A stretch of 64,000 nt of DNA from the IMG/VR virus record IMGVR_UViG_3300029922_000018. The stretch is one strand, 5' to 3'. This stretch comes from an uncultured virus (IMG/VR IMGVR_UViG_3300029922_000018) (taxonomy: Duplodnaviria > Heunggongvirae > Uroviricota > Caudoviricetes). Below are positions 39,383 through 49,249 of this stretch, in pieces. The notes below the pieces were generated by a model. The model was not told the DNA's origin. It did no database searches and saw only the letters and a program-made list of their open reading frames with translations. Position numbers and translations under genes: made by a program. The stretch's first letter is position 1; each line of letters opens with the position of its first letter.

Positions 39383-42300
39383 TTATTTTTTACTTTCTTT
39401 CATCAAAGGAGTTTTATCGGCACTCTTATATTTTACAGTCCATCTAGCATCTTTAACATATGCCGCATCAGTCTCTGGATTGCCACCAAATCCTTCATCC
39501 ATATGTTTAAACTTATTGGCTGCAACTGGCTTCAAATTCTGTAATTTAGATAATTCTCTTATTATTTTCTTCTGTTCTAAATTTAGCTTCAATCCTTCTA
39601 CTTCCAATATTCCTTGAGTTGGATGGGTTCTCAATCTTATCCAGCCATTTTTCAGTGCCTCTTCTCTTGCAGGAACATAGTCTAAGTCAGGATATAAATA
39701 TTCTTTTGCAAACCATGAATGACTTTCACCAGCATCGTATACTTTATTATTAGGCGATATCCAATATGGATTTGATGCAAATGTTTCAACTTGTAATTTT
39801 GTATAGTCTATATTCCACGGTAATGATTTCTTAATTCCTTCTTTAACTATACTAGAATGTTTATGACTATATGTTCCAACGTTACCGATTGCAGATTTTA
39901 TTTGAGTAGGTTTAAATACGATATAATGAGTCGATAAAGGTAATGGGTCATTTACATTTTTTAATATTAATCCATCATTTCCATTTTTTACTGCACCATC
40001 AATTAACCCTGCCGTTTTATTATTAAAATCAGCCTTCCCTTCAAAATCATAAACTAAAGGATTTTCTATTTTAAGAAATACTGGGAGTATATTTTGTCCG
40101 GTCTCGTCATCTTCCCGTGATGTTCCGATATCGTAATTTTCATATTCTTCCATTGCTTTTTCGTATGGCGTCCAGTTTCCGGTTGCTTGGGCATGAGCTT
40201 CCAACCTCTCTACCTTTTTTTGTAATTCTTTTATCTTTTTCTCGTAATCAGAAATTCCTGACCGGACAGTTCTTCCTGCTTTAGCTGCATATTCAGCAGC
40301 AACTTCAGAGCTATCAGTAAAAAAATATGCTTTCTTAGAACTTTGAGATTGGGTGGATATTCCCAATCTTTTTTTACTAAACGCTGAAATTGGTTGATTA
40401 GTTCCATGATACACTACTGAGGGATTCCCATGTTTATCTACTACCTTACTATTACCAAACCATTTTTTAAACTCTGGTGATTGTGGATGTGTTATTGCTT
40501 CATTTATTAATGATTCTCTAAATTCTCTATTCATCTGTCCATATTCATATCCGGCATTATATCCTCCTTGATTTGCTATTTGAGTTAATGTAGTCTGTCC
40601 TCCTTCAACAAACATTGCTGCCAAATCATTTCTCTGATGAACTACATTTAATGCTTTATCACAAGCATATAATTTTGCTTCTGGGGTTTCTGCATTGAAT
40701 ATTAAAGAATATATATTCTGCAACGGTTTTATACCACAATCGCTTATATAAGCTCTTCCGTTCTTATCTTCAAATCTATTACATACCTCTTCCCATTCTT
40801 CATCGGTAAATTGTATATCCCACATTTCATCTATTTCTTCTCTTAAATGATAATTTTCGGAATGTCCCGTAAATTCATTTGCTAATGTTAATCTAGCTAT
40901 ATTTGTTAATAACTGGTCGGCTATTTTATCAATGGCATTTTCATTTACTTTATTATATTTTCCAAATAATAACCATGTCTTTTTTAATAAAGTTGCCGAG
41001 ATTGTTTTCCATGGAATATTTCCGGTTGCGTGAGTTTTTAAAAAAGTGGCAATCTCATATAACGATTGGTCTTTACGTTCCAAAAAATCAACATGAGCGT
41101 TATATTCAACATCAACAGCTTCATTGATTGGTCTATTAATAATTTCAAGTCTTCTCTTTATTTCATCTCGATATAAAACAAAATCCTTCGTTGCTTGCAC
41201 TCTAGAACCATAAGGGTCTTCTATCTTTAATTTTTTATCAGTGGCAATTCTGACTGCTTTATCTCTGAGTGCTTTTAAATTTTGTAAAGATAGTTGTTTT
41301 AAATCTGTAGAAGCATACGACGGTAATTTTGAATTAATATCAGATTGAGTTACTTCTTTTATGTCGGATTGAACATACCACTGCTCTAAATCATCCAACA
41401 GCCCCCGCAATGTCGGATATGATGTTTTCCATTCTGGAAGTTTTAATCGAAATGCTCCCTCATGTCGATTTAAAATCCACTCTCCCTCTTTTAAATTCCC
41501 AGTTCCGAATCCAACGGGTAGTTGATATGAGTTGGCAAACCATTCACCGTTTAATAATATTTTAGCAGTGTTTTTTGACAGTCCCAACTCTCCAAATTTA
41601 ACATTGAAATGTTTGGTTTTAGCTTTGGATTCTATTTCAATTGAATTACTATTTGCCTCATTTAGTTTTCCTCTAAACAAATCGTCCGGATATATATTAG
41701 AATAATAATCGGAATACGTAGTGGACCATACTTTTATGGATATGGTATTCTTTTTTTTCAACAAATATTCGACTACCCTATGATAACCATCAGTAACAAT
41801 AAATTGCTTATTTTCTATATTAAACATCACTTCTATAGGTGCGTCAGTTTTACTTTTGGCTCCTTTTTTAATATCTATCAATGCCTTTGACAATCCATTC
41901 TTAGATAAAGATAAATCTTTGATTTTAAAATTAGGTATTAACATGGCATCATCTAAATCTACTCCTCGATTTAAAGTTTCAATGTCGTGTGCGGATATTC
42001 CTACATTAATATTTTCATCAATACTCAATTGTTTATCATGTAAATTAGTTATGGCATCTTTTAATTTTTGAATTATTCCTTTGGTTCGTAATAGTTTATA
42101 CGTTATATTTTCAACGCTTAATTCGCCACCATTATCCAGCCCATATTGGCGGAATGCGTCCAGATAATCCTTGACCTCTTTTAATTTTTCAAGGTCTTGA
42201 GTTGTGATTGTATCAAGTATATATTTTTTCATCCCATTATATTTAACTTGTATATTAGGAGTATTGATGGAATTTGAATTTTGCTTGGATGGTCTTTTTA

Positions 42301-42703
42301 TCCATTGGTTTTTAATTAATGAATAAATTCCATTGACATAAGGTTTTTCAGCAGTAATACTCTGAATATTCATTTCAACCTTGTGTTTTTTTATTATAAT
42401 TTCATGTTCGGAATTCCACTGGGAACCAACCAATTTTGCCATTTTTTCCGCAGTTTCGGTCGGCATTTTTAAATTTTCCAAATCAATCACGACATGAACA
42501 TCAATGTCACTTTCGGCATTCCAGTTGAAGGATGCCAGTGACCCCATAAAATATATGTCCAGAATAGGAGCTTCAAATTTTGTTTTCTTATAAAATTCTT
42601 TTGCGATTTTTAGGAGGGTCAGCCGAATTTCGGGGGTTAATTGATAATACTCATCCCATATATCAGGACAAAGGCTATTGTGATATATTACTACTTTACT
42701 CAT
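39383..42703 (-). CDS. Polyvalent protein: Pol-beta nucleotidyltransferase, ParB-like, ADP-ribosyltransferase-like and unknown domains
   Basis: GSLASFNW..SDIDVHV; VTDGYHRV; FKKWFGNSKVVD..VYHGT..YFFTDS. Confidence 0.75.
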   Translation of the reverse strand: MSKVVIYHNSLCPDIWDEYYQLTPEIRLTLLKIAKEFYKKTKFEAPILDIYFMGSLASFNWNAESDIDVHVVIDLENLKMPTETAEKMAKLVGSQWNSEHEIIIKKHKVEMNIQSITAEKPYVNGIYSLIKNQWIKRPSKQNSNSINTPNIQVKYNGMKKYILDTITTQDLEKLKEVKDYLDAFRQYGLDNGGELSVENITYKLLRTKGIIQKLKDAITNLHDKQLSIDENINVGISAHDIETLNRGVDLDDAMLIPNFKIKDLSLSKNGLSKALIDIKKGAKSKTDAPIEVMFNIENKQFIVTDGYHRVVEYLLKKKNTISIKVWSTTYSDYYSNIYPDDLFRGKLNEANSNSIEIESKAKTKHFNVKFGELGLSKNTAKILLNGEWFANSYQLPVGFGTGNLKEGEWILNRHEGAFRLKLPEWKTSYPTLRGLLDDLEQWYVQSDIKEVTQSDINSKLPSYASTDLKQLSLQNLKALRDKAVRIATDKKLKIEDPYGSRVQATKDFVLYRDEIKRRLEIINRPINEAVDVEYNAHVDFLERKDQSLYEIATFLKTHATGNIPWKTISATLLKKTWLLFGKYNKVNENAIDKIADQLLTNIARLTLANEFTGHSENYHLREEIDEMWDIQFTDEEWEEVCNRFEDKNGRAYISDCGIKPLQNIYSLIFNAETPEAKLYACDKALNVVHQRNDLAAMFVEGGQTTLTQIANQGGYNAGYEYGQMNREFRESLINEAITHPQSPEFKKWFGNSKVVDKHGNPSVVYHGTNQPISAFSKKRLGISTQSQSSKKAYFFTDSSEVAAEYAAKAGRTVRSGISDYEKKIKELQKKVERLEAHAQATGNWTPYEKAMEEYENYDIGTSREDDETGQNILPVFLKIENPLVYDFEGKADFNNKTAGLIDGAVKNGNDGLILKNVNDPLPLSTHYIVFKPTQIKSAIGNVGTYSHKHSSIVKEGIKKSLPWNIDYTKLQVETFASNPYWISPNNKVYDAGESHSWFAKEYLYPDLDYVPAREEALKNGWIRLRTHPTQGILEVEGLKLNLEQKKIIRELSKLQNLKPVAANKFKHMDEGFGGNPETDAAYVKDARWTVKYKSADKTPLMKESKK

Positions 42704-42707
42704 TTGG

Positions 42708-43262
42708 TTAGGAGTTTTGGACTTTTATAATAAAAGCATCCGCAGTATCAACATTTATTTTCAATATGCTAAATTTTAATGGAAGATTTGAAAGATTTAT
42801 AACTCTTACTTGACCATCAAACATTTTCTGAGTATCCATTGAATTCACCAAGAGTTCTTCGTTTGACTCAGTTTGATGTTCTTCTAAATTAACTGCTGCC
42901 ATTTGACCACCGGGTTCTTGTGTTGAATATTTTTCTTCTCCAGATATAGGAAGATGTCCGTCAATTGTGTCCGACTCTTTTAATTTATTTTGGTTAACTG
43001 ATGATTGCAACCAATTTGGAATTTTATCACCAGTTTCTGGATATTCAATTACATTACCACAATCGCTATGTTTAAATGTTTTCCCGCCGTCTTCGGAGAA
43101 GGTATGTTTTTCATATATTTCATCCTTACAATGTGGGCAGATATCAAACTCTTGAGGTCGGCTTCCTTCTTGGATTAAATTTGATTGTTCGGCTATAACC
43201 TTTGAAATAGTCTCGGTTATTAAATTCTGCGTATCTACGTCGATATGGTTTATAGTTGGCAT
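42708..43262 (-). CDS. Hypothetical Zn-ribbon late protein; target gene of the TnpB insertion, with recoded N-terminus
   Basis: Starts MPTINHIDVDTQNLITE; CPHC..HSDCG. Confidence 0.65.
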   Translation of the reverse strand: MPTINHIDVDTQNLITETISKVIAEQSNLIQEGSRPQEFDICPHCKDEIYEKHTFSEDGGKTFKHSDCGNVIEYPETGDKIPNWLQSSVNQNKLKESDTIDGHLPISGEEKYSTQEPGGQMAAVNLEEHQTESNEELLVNSMDTQKMFDGQVRVINLSNLPLKFSILKINVDTADAFIIKVQNS

Positions 43263-44700
43263 AATTAGAAATGTCTTAATTGCTATTAGATAAATAGCAT
43301 TAACTTTCTGTAATATACAATTCAATTTACAACTAAAAATAATTGAAAATAAAATCGATTTTACTCAAAGTCACATATAGTTATATCTATAGACAATTGA
43401 TATGATAAGCCTAAAATTGAAAATAAAGAATGAATATGATGTAAATTCATATATTAATTCGTATTCTAAATTAAAAAGAATCGCTTATAATTTGTTGGTA
43501 GATGGGAAATCATTGACCGAGACTCAGAAATATATTAAGTCTAATATCCAACACGGTTTAGATGCTTCTTTTGTTGAGTGGGCATCATTAGATGCCGAAC
43601 AACTTAAAAACTCTCAGAAAGAATTAAAAATTCCCAAAATTGTTTTTGGCGGTAAGAAGAATCTCATTAAGTTAAATAAAAAACAAATTACTACCGACGA
43701 ATGGAAATCGCTTAGGAATCCAAACATATATTGTATAGGCAGATCTAATGAGAAGTATGGCAATCGTAAATTTAAAACAGACATTAAAAATAATACAATT
43801 TATTTCTGTCCTAGTCGAAGAATTAAAATTAAATTGGAATTCTGTGCTTCTAAAAAACAATTAGAAATGTTAACTAAAATTGAGGGGTTAGCGACAAATT
43901 ATAAAATGGCTATCACATATAAGTTAACAAGAACTCATATCATTTTATCAATCGACGAGAATAAATTAGCCAAACAATCATATATTCCTATTAAAAATAT
44001 AATATTGTCATTAGATATGAACCCCAATTCTATTGGTCTTGTTGTATCTGGGTTCGATAAAAACAGTAAACAAGAAGTAATTCATAAGCAAATATTTAAT
44101 TTAAAAGAGTTAAATAAAAAGACCAAGAATAAGAAACATTACGAGAATTTTCAAATGGTCAAATCAATTATCAAACTCTGCGAATATTATAAAGTCGAAT
44201 CGGTTGGAATTGAGAAACTAGAGATACAATCAAAAGATAATAAAAAAGGAAAAGTATTTAATAAAACAATTAACAATGACTGGCTAAGAACTAAATTTAT
44301 TAATAATTTAAAAAAGCATTGTAATTTAAACAATATTAAAATTTATGATATTGCCGCTGCTTATAGTTCTTTTGTTGGATGTATATTAAATGAGAATGAA
44401 GTTGATAGCATTGCTGCGGCCATTGAAATTGGGAGAAGAACTTATTTATTCACCAACATTTTTATAACAAACAATTTACCAAGAAACACTAAAATTATTT
44501 TTCCCGAATGGAATATTAATCTAATGAACCGATGGAAGGAAGAGTTAGATTATAGTAATATTACAGACTGGAAAGGTATGTTCGATTGGTTTAAAAAGAA
44601 CCCGACGTTGAGTTATCGGCATCTTTTGAGTGAAATTAAACCTTCACATTTTCTTAGACATAAACATAGGAAGAGTAAAGTCTTTCTATATTTAGGTTAA
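43210..44700 (+). mobile_element. Transposase-less TnpB cassette carrying a replacement 5' end for the disrupted gene
   Basis: Diverged 35-nt duplication 43210-43244 / 44701-44735 brackets tnpB. Confidence 0.7.
43402..44700 (+). CDS. tnpB: TnpB-like RuvC nuclease (IS200/IS605 accessory type)
   Basis: IVFGGK, GNRKF; RuvC-I LSLDMNP, RuvC-II VGIEKL, AAYSS, RuvC-III VDSIAAAIEIGRR. Confidence 0.82.
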   Translation: MISLKLKIKNEYDVNSYINSYSKLKRIAYNLLVDGKSLTETQKYIKSNIQHGLDASFVEWASLDAEQLKNSQKELKIPKIVFGGKKNLIKLNKKQITTDEWKSLRNPNIYCIGRSNEKYGNRKFKTDIKNNTIYFCPSRRIKIKLEFCASKKQLEMLTKIEGLATNYKMAITYKLTRTHIILSIDENKLAKQSYIPIKNIILSLDMNPNSIGLVVSGFDKNSKQEVIHKQIFNLKELNKKTKNKKHYENFQMVKSIIKLCEYYKVESVGIEKLEIQSKDNKKGKVFNKTINNDWLRTKFINNLKKHCNLNNIKIYDIAAAYSSFVGCILNENEVDSIAAAIEIGRRTYLFTNIFITNNLPRNTKIIFPEWNINLMNRWKEELDYSNITDWKGMFDWFKKNPTLSYRHLLSEIKPSHFLRHKHRKSKVFLYLG

Positions 44701-44735
44701 CTCTCATCTATTAGTTTTTGAGTGTCATTATCCAT
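44697..44735 (-). pseudogene. Orphaned original 5' end (MDNDTQKLIDES*) of gene 42708..43262
   Basis: TATTTATA 5 nt upstream; 7/12 aa identical to IDVDTQNLITET. Confidence 0.75.
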
Positions 44736-44768
44736 ATTCATATAAATATCATTGAGTTCTAGTAGATA

Positions 44769-45305
44769 TCATAATTTTACTTGTTTAATGAGAGACAACA
44801 ACTTGAGTTCCTCTATTGTTTCTTGATAATTGTCCGAATTGTGAAGTATTCCTATTCCTCCAAGACTATTCCAACTATTAACCGTATCCACCATATCATC
44901 TACTAATATTGAATTAGGAGTGGAATGTTCCTGTTTACGATGTCTTCCTCTAACTACAAATATGTTTTCCGATGGAATTGATGGAATATGAGTCTTAAGC
45001 CAATTTCTTTTACCAGTCTCGACAACTTTCGATTTCAATTCGTCCGAAGTTCCCGTTGAAGATAATATAAAGACCTGTTTAAATAAATCAGATGTAACAT
45101 TAAACAGTTCCTTACCGCCACTTATCCATTCCAAATCTTCCCAGAATTTAGGACCGGCATTAAAAAATATTTCTTTTGCAGGTTGCTTACCATATAATTT
45201 GGCATATTCCCCAAGTGAAATATCATTTGATAATTTTTTGTAACCTTTATCAAAATTTACTAGGACACCATCTAAATCAAGATATATTTTATTTGTTTCA
45301 TTCAT
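44769..45305 (-). CDS. HAD-family 5'(3')-deoxyribonucleotidase
   Basis: IYLDLDGVLVNF, ILSS, K..WL, ILVDD, GGIGILH. Confidence 0.85.
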   Translation of the reverse strand: MNETNKIYLDLDGVLVNFDKGYKKLSNDISLGEYAKLYGKQPAKEIFFNAGPKFWEDLEWISGGKELFNVTSDLFKQVFILSSTGTSDELKSKVVETGKRNWLKTHIPSIPSENIFVVRGRHRKQEHSTPNSILVDDMVDTVNSWNSLGGIGILHNSDNYQETIEELKLLSLIKQVKL

Positions 45306-45490
45306 ATTTTTTCCTCTTTAACTGTGCGTTTTATTATTCTAAATCGTTCATTGGGAAATGAGTCTTTTCTTTTTTTCATATCATCCAATGCATATTCCAA
45401 ATTCGCATATGAGTCGACATCTTTCCAAATAGACAATGTTCCGCTATAACCATGGATTTGAAGTAAGATTTGAGTGTAACTATTCAACAT
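45302..45490 (-). CDS. Hypothetical protein
   Basis: Short ORF with ATGA coupling. Confidence 0.55.
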   Translation of the reverse strand: MLNSYTQILLQIHGYSGTLSIWKDVDSYANLEYALDDMKKRKDSFPNERFRIIKRTVKEEKI

Positions 45491-45494
45491 AATA

Positions 45495-46068
45495 TTATCG
45501 ATTTAGATATAATATCTGTTTAATTGCATTTATACCATTTTCACTTATATCACGAGTTCCTATACCGGCAAAATTATAAGTTAATTTCGGTATTAAATCT
45601 CCAATAGATTCAAATTTATTAGTTGTATATTCATAATTATACCACATTCCCGATGGTTGGTCAAATGTGAATATAGGTTTATTATTATCTACTGCCATTT
45701 GAATTGCCCATCCTGTTCCTCCATCTACTATCGTTTTATTTATATCTTTAAATTTTTTTACTTATGGCGAATATAGCATCGGAATTCTTAACTTGAAACC
45801 AATTCCTTGCTAGAAGATTTTTAGTATAATTACCTTGAGTTTCCGGTGATAATTTTAACGTTTTTGCGGCAATCATTACATTTTTAAATCCTTCATTTAA
45901 TTCATCAACAGTTAATATTTTTTGGTTGGTGGAATCTTGAACGTGATTGTAAAAGGAATATGCTACAGTTTTAACGCCGTATTTATTACCTTCATTTTCC
46001 CATGTCATATCAGCACCGGCACAACCACCACTATGACAAGTATAATTTATAAGTTTAGTTTTATTCAT
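45495..46068 (-). pseudogene. SLOG-fold-like protein split by a 1-nt frameshift in an A7 run
   Basis: HSGGCAGAD..LLARN..SDAIFAI then VDGGTGWAIQMA..FAGIGTR in another frame. Confidence 0.65.
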
Positions 46069-46070
46069 AT

Positions 46071-46559
46071 TTATGTCAATGATTTAAATTGTTCTATAGT
46101 AAGTTCGGCATTTGAATATTTTATTACTTCTCCTCGTTTTTCTTTGAATATTATTTTATATTTGTTATTATGGTCTATTATAATATAATAATAGTCATAA
46201 TCTCCGATTATGCCACCTATCTTGTTGTAAGACCGCTGTTCTTTTATAATATTAGAAGTTTTTAATATATCTTCGTAATCATCATTGGTAATAATTTGAT
46301 TATAAATTTCACATGAGGTATCGTGTTTTAATATTTGAAGATTGGCCAGTTCTTTAATATCGTTTAAATCTTCAACTGAAGTATATAATAGAAATTTTTT
46401 AGAACAATTGGAATTTTCACATTGATGTAACATCCCAACCCATCCCTTATAGAAACGTATTAAAAATCCACAATAAGGACATTTGATAACATTTCTCTCC
46501 ATAACCTGTTCATTGGTTAAATTATTAGATTCATTTAATCTGATTTTATTCATAGTCAT
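46071..46559 (-). CDS. Hypothetical Zn-ribbon protein
   Basis: CPYCG..CENSNC. Confidence 0.55.
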   Translation of the reverse strand: MTMNKIRLNESNNLTNEQVMERNVIKCPYCGFLIRFYKGWVGMLHQCENSNCSKKFLLYTSVEDLNDIKELANLQILKHDTSCEIYNQIITNDDYEDILKTSNIIKEQRSYNKIGGIIGDYDYYYIIIDHNNKYKIIFKEKRGEVIKYSNAELTIEQFKSLT

Positions 46560-46720
46560 GAAAATAACATAAAACTTGAAAGCAGTCTACTTATTATATG
46601 AACTTTCAATATCTTCTTAAAATAATTCTGTGTAACTAGTTGAAATGTAACAGTTTATAATAATTCAATAATTATGTTTATTATTTCCAGAAACTTAAAA
46701 TAACTCGATTTGCTGATGTT

Positions 46721-47389
46721 TTAATGTTTACTATCGTGATATGTTACAATATTTCGACATGCAGAAATAAACTGATTATACCCCAAATTGGATTTCATTT
46801 TATTAATAAACGCACAACATAATACAACATTCTCTATTGTATACCCTTTATCAGAGTCTATACGTTCTAATGATATCGTGTTTTCCTTTTTATGTTCTAA
46901 TGTTAGTGGAACGCCTGTATAATGACAAATCAACGGTAGTGATTCAATGTATTCGATAGTTAATGTAAATGGTATATTTCGCCGTTCCGCACTTTTACCC
47001 CAATGATAAAATCGCCTTTTATATGTTCTAACATATCCGTTTATAGTTTCTTTATTCTTATCATAATAATCTCTGTGTAAACTATTAATTTTATCTTTAT
47101 TTTTTATATACCACGATCTTTTAGAATCCTTTATATCTAATTTATTATTTTTATAATATTCACTATTATCAATTGATATTTTATCCTTGTTCTGAATTCT
47201 ATATTTCTGGTCTCTAATTTTCCTTTTTGGTTTATTTGCATCGTAATATGCTTTATTCTTTTTTTTAATTATTTCTTTGTTATTTTGGTAATATTTTTTA
47301 GTTGCTTTCTGATGTAACATTTTTAGTTTTAATTCGTATTCTGATTCGGTTAATTGGGCTATATCAGATTTTGATGGTTTATTAGTCAT
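46721..47389 (-). CDS. HNH-like endonuclease with basic YYxxNK repeats
   Basis: CHYTG..SLERIDSDKGYTIENVVLCC..INKMK. Confidence 0.75.
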   Translation of the reverse strand: MTNKPSKSDIAQLTESEYELKLKMLHQKATKKYYQNNKEIIKKKNKAYYDANKPKRKIRDQKYRIQNKDKISIDNSEYYKNNKLDIKDSKRSWYIKNKDKINSLHRDYYDKNKETINGYVRTYKRRFYHWGKSAERRNIPFTLTIEYIESLPLICHYTGVPLTLEHKKENTISLERIDSDKGYTIENVVLCCAFINKMKSNLGYNQFISACRNIVTYHDSKH

Positions 47390-47513
47390 ATATTATAACT
47401 ATCAATAAATAATAAAACTTGACAGGTTATTTATATTATTTGACATAAAAAAGTAAAATAACTTGACAGAGTATTTATATTCTGATATACTACTAATAGT
47501 TAAATAAAAATAA

Positions 47514-49226
47514 TTACTGATTAATAATGTTTCTTAGTTTATATTCTTTTATATTTTGTGATGTTAATTTATCAAATTTATCTTGAATATATTTATTATT
47601 AATTTTTTGTTCTGGACTAGAATGTTTTAGTAATTTTTTAATTAGTGCTTTAATACTGCTCTCATCAACTCCACGCTTCAATGCTGACGAAGCAGCCATT
47701 GCCCAATGAGGATACTTTTCTTTCCACCCTACTTGTGATTTAATTGCATTTCCCAACGGAGTAGGACTGGTAGCTGTAGGAGTTGCTGCGGCGGTTGAGG
47801 GAGTTGGGGTTGGTTTCTTATTTGGAGCAAGTGCCTTCTGAACATATAAATCAGTTGCCTTATCATTTCCAATAACACTTACCACTCCTTTAATTGTGTT
47901 GGTTGCTTTTTCATTTGACCATCCCAATGTAGTCAGTGCCTTGACGGCATCTGCAATGTTAGGATTTTCAGACCCAGAAATGTCCCCATTAAATATTTTT
48001 TTAGCATCCTCACTTTTCAAGTATTCCGCCTTAAATCCGGTGGATTTAAGTTTCTCAATAAAGTCGGTAAAACTTAAGCCGGTGTTTATAAAGTCGGCAG
48101 AGGTAGACTCTTCTCCTCCAAGAACGATTGACTCTATAATTGCTGGATTAATAGTATGTAATTCTCCATCAATCCCGGTGTATTTAATATTTCCCTTACT
48201 ATCAAGTTTAAAATTAACATCTGATGGATTAACTTTATGTCCTTTAAATTCTTTCCACTTTTGCTGTATCACGTGATACAGTGCAGATATTAATTTTGGA
48301 CTCTTGGCTTCCAATCTTTTATCTTTCAATATTTTATCAATTATTTTACTATATCGATTTGCTTGATGTAGCAATAGTCCTATAGTCGGAGGATTTGACG
48401 CATCGAACGATGGGCTTTTCGGATTTAATTGGTCATCATAAAATTTGAAAAGTATTATTTCACTGCGTGTTTTATTTTCTGGTTGATTGCCCTCTGTTTC
48501 GGATATGGGAGATGTTGGAGCCGCTTTAAATCCTTGAAATTTATCGGGCGATGTTCCAAATTTAATATTTTTATCATTTTGCTTTATATAGTCTTCATTT
48601 GATACGTCCTCATATTCAACTAAAATTTTATTTTCGTGGTTGTTATTTGCCCATTTAACACTTATTCTTTTAATTTTTCCATTGGACATTTTTAACGTTT
48701 TAGATTCTGCCTCTTTAGTAAAACTTATCCCGAATTTAACTGATTTTCTATATTGTCCACGGAACCAATTTAACCAGCCACCGGCTTTATCTTCGGTATC
48801 GGCAACGTAAAGTTTAGTGGTTGATTTTCCATCGGAAGTTTCCATGTCATCAATATCCACTTTTTCGGTTATTGATGTCTTATTACCGGTCATTGATGCT
48901 CTGTAGTTTTTATCAATATCTATAGATGGAGTTGGTTTCGGCTGGTTTGGTTCCGTTGGCGTTTCATCTATATCATGGTTAACTTTTAAATCTTTATTTA
49001 TTTTATCAACCAATATATCACATACGGTCTCAACAATCTTAACAAAATCATTTTCTTGAGGGGTTAGTCCCGATGTATTTAGTTGTGTGGGAGCCGCTGC
49101 TGGACTGCCTCTAAACTTGTTAATAAAATTGGAACCCGCAGTTTTTATCTTTTTAAGATAATCCATTCCCGACTCATTTATATACGGGGAACCTTTTAAA
49201 TTATCTAAATATTGATTGTCTGACAT
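47514..49226 (-). CDS. Hypothetical late protein with RuvA-C-terminal-like motif
   Basis: TATTTATA upstream; DAVKALTTLGWSNEKA..YVQKAL. Confidence 0.6.
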   Translation of the reverse strand: MSDNQYLDNLKGSPYINESGMDYLKKIKTAGSNFINKFRGSPAAAPTQLNTSGLTPQENDFVKIVETVCDILVDKINKDLKVNHDIDETPTEPNQPKPTPSIDIDKNYRASMTGNKTSITEKVDIDDMETSDGKSTTKLYVADTEDKAGGWLNWFRGQYRKSVKFGISFTKEAESKTLKMSNGKIKRISVKWANNNHENKILVEYEDVSNEDYIKQNDKNIKFGTSPDKFQGFKAAPTSPISETEGNQPENKTRSEIILFKFYDDQLNPKSPSFDASNPPTIGLLLHQANRYSKIIDKILKDKRLEAKSPKLISALYHVIQQKWKEFKGHKVNPSDVNFKLDSKGNIKYTGIDGELHTINPAIIESIVLGGEESTSADFINTGLSFTDFIEKLKSTGFKAEYLKSEDAKKIFNGDISGSENPNIADAVKALTTLGWSNEKATNTIKGVVSVIGNDKATDLYVQKALAPNKKPTPTPSTAAATPTATSPTPLGNAIKSQVGWKEKYPHWAMAASSALKRGVDESSIKALIKKLLKHSSPEQKINNKYIQDKFDKLTSQNIKEYKLRNIINQ

Positions 49227-49249
49227 ATACAGTATAAATATAGTTTAAA

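Noticed and set aside
43263..43325. Track's TTG start extending ORF 42708 to 43325
   Set aside because: The extension covers the hairpin and promoter; ATG 43262 fits better.
43263..44770. CRISPR array or Cas12 locus around the RuvC protein
   Set aside because: No repeat-spacer array seen in either flank or elsewhere in the window; the flanks are explained by the split gene.
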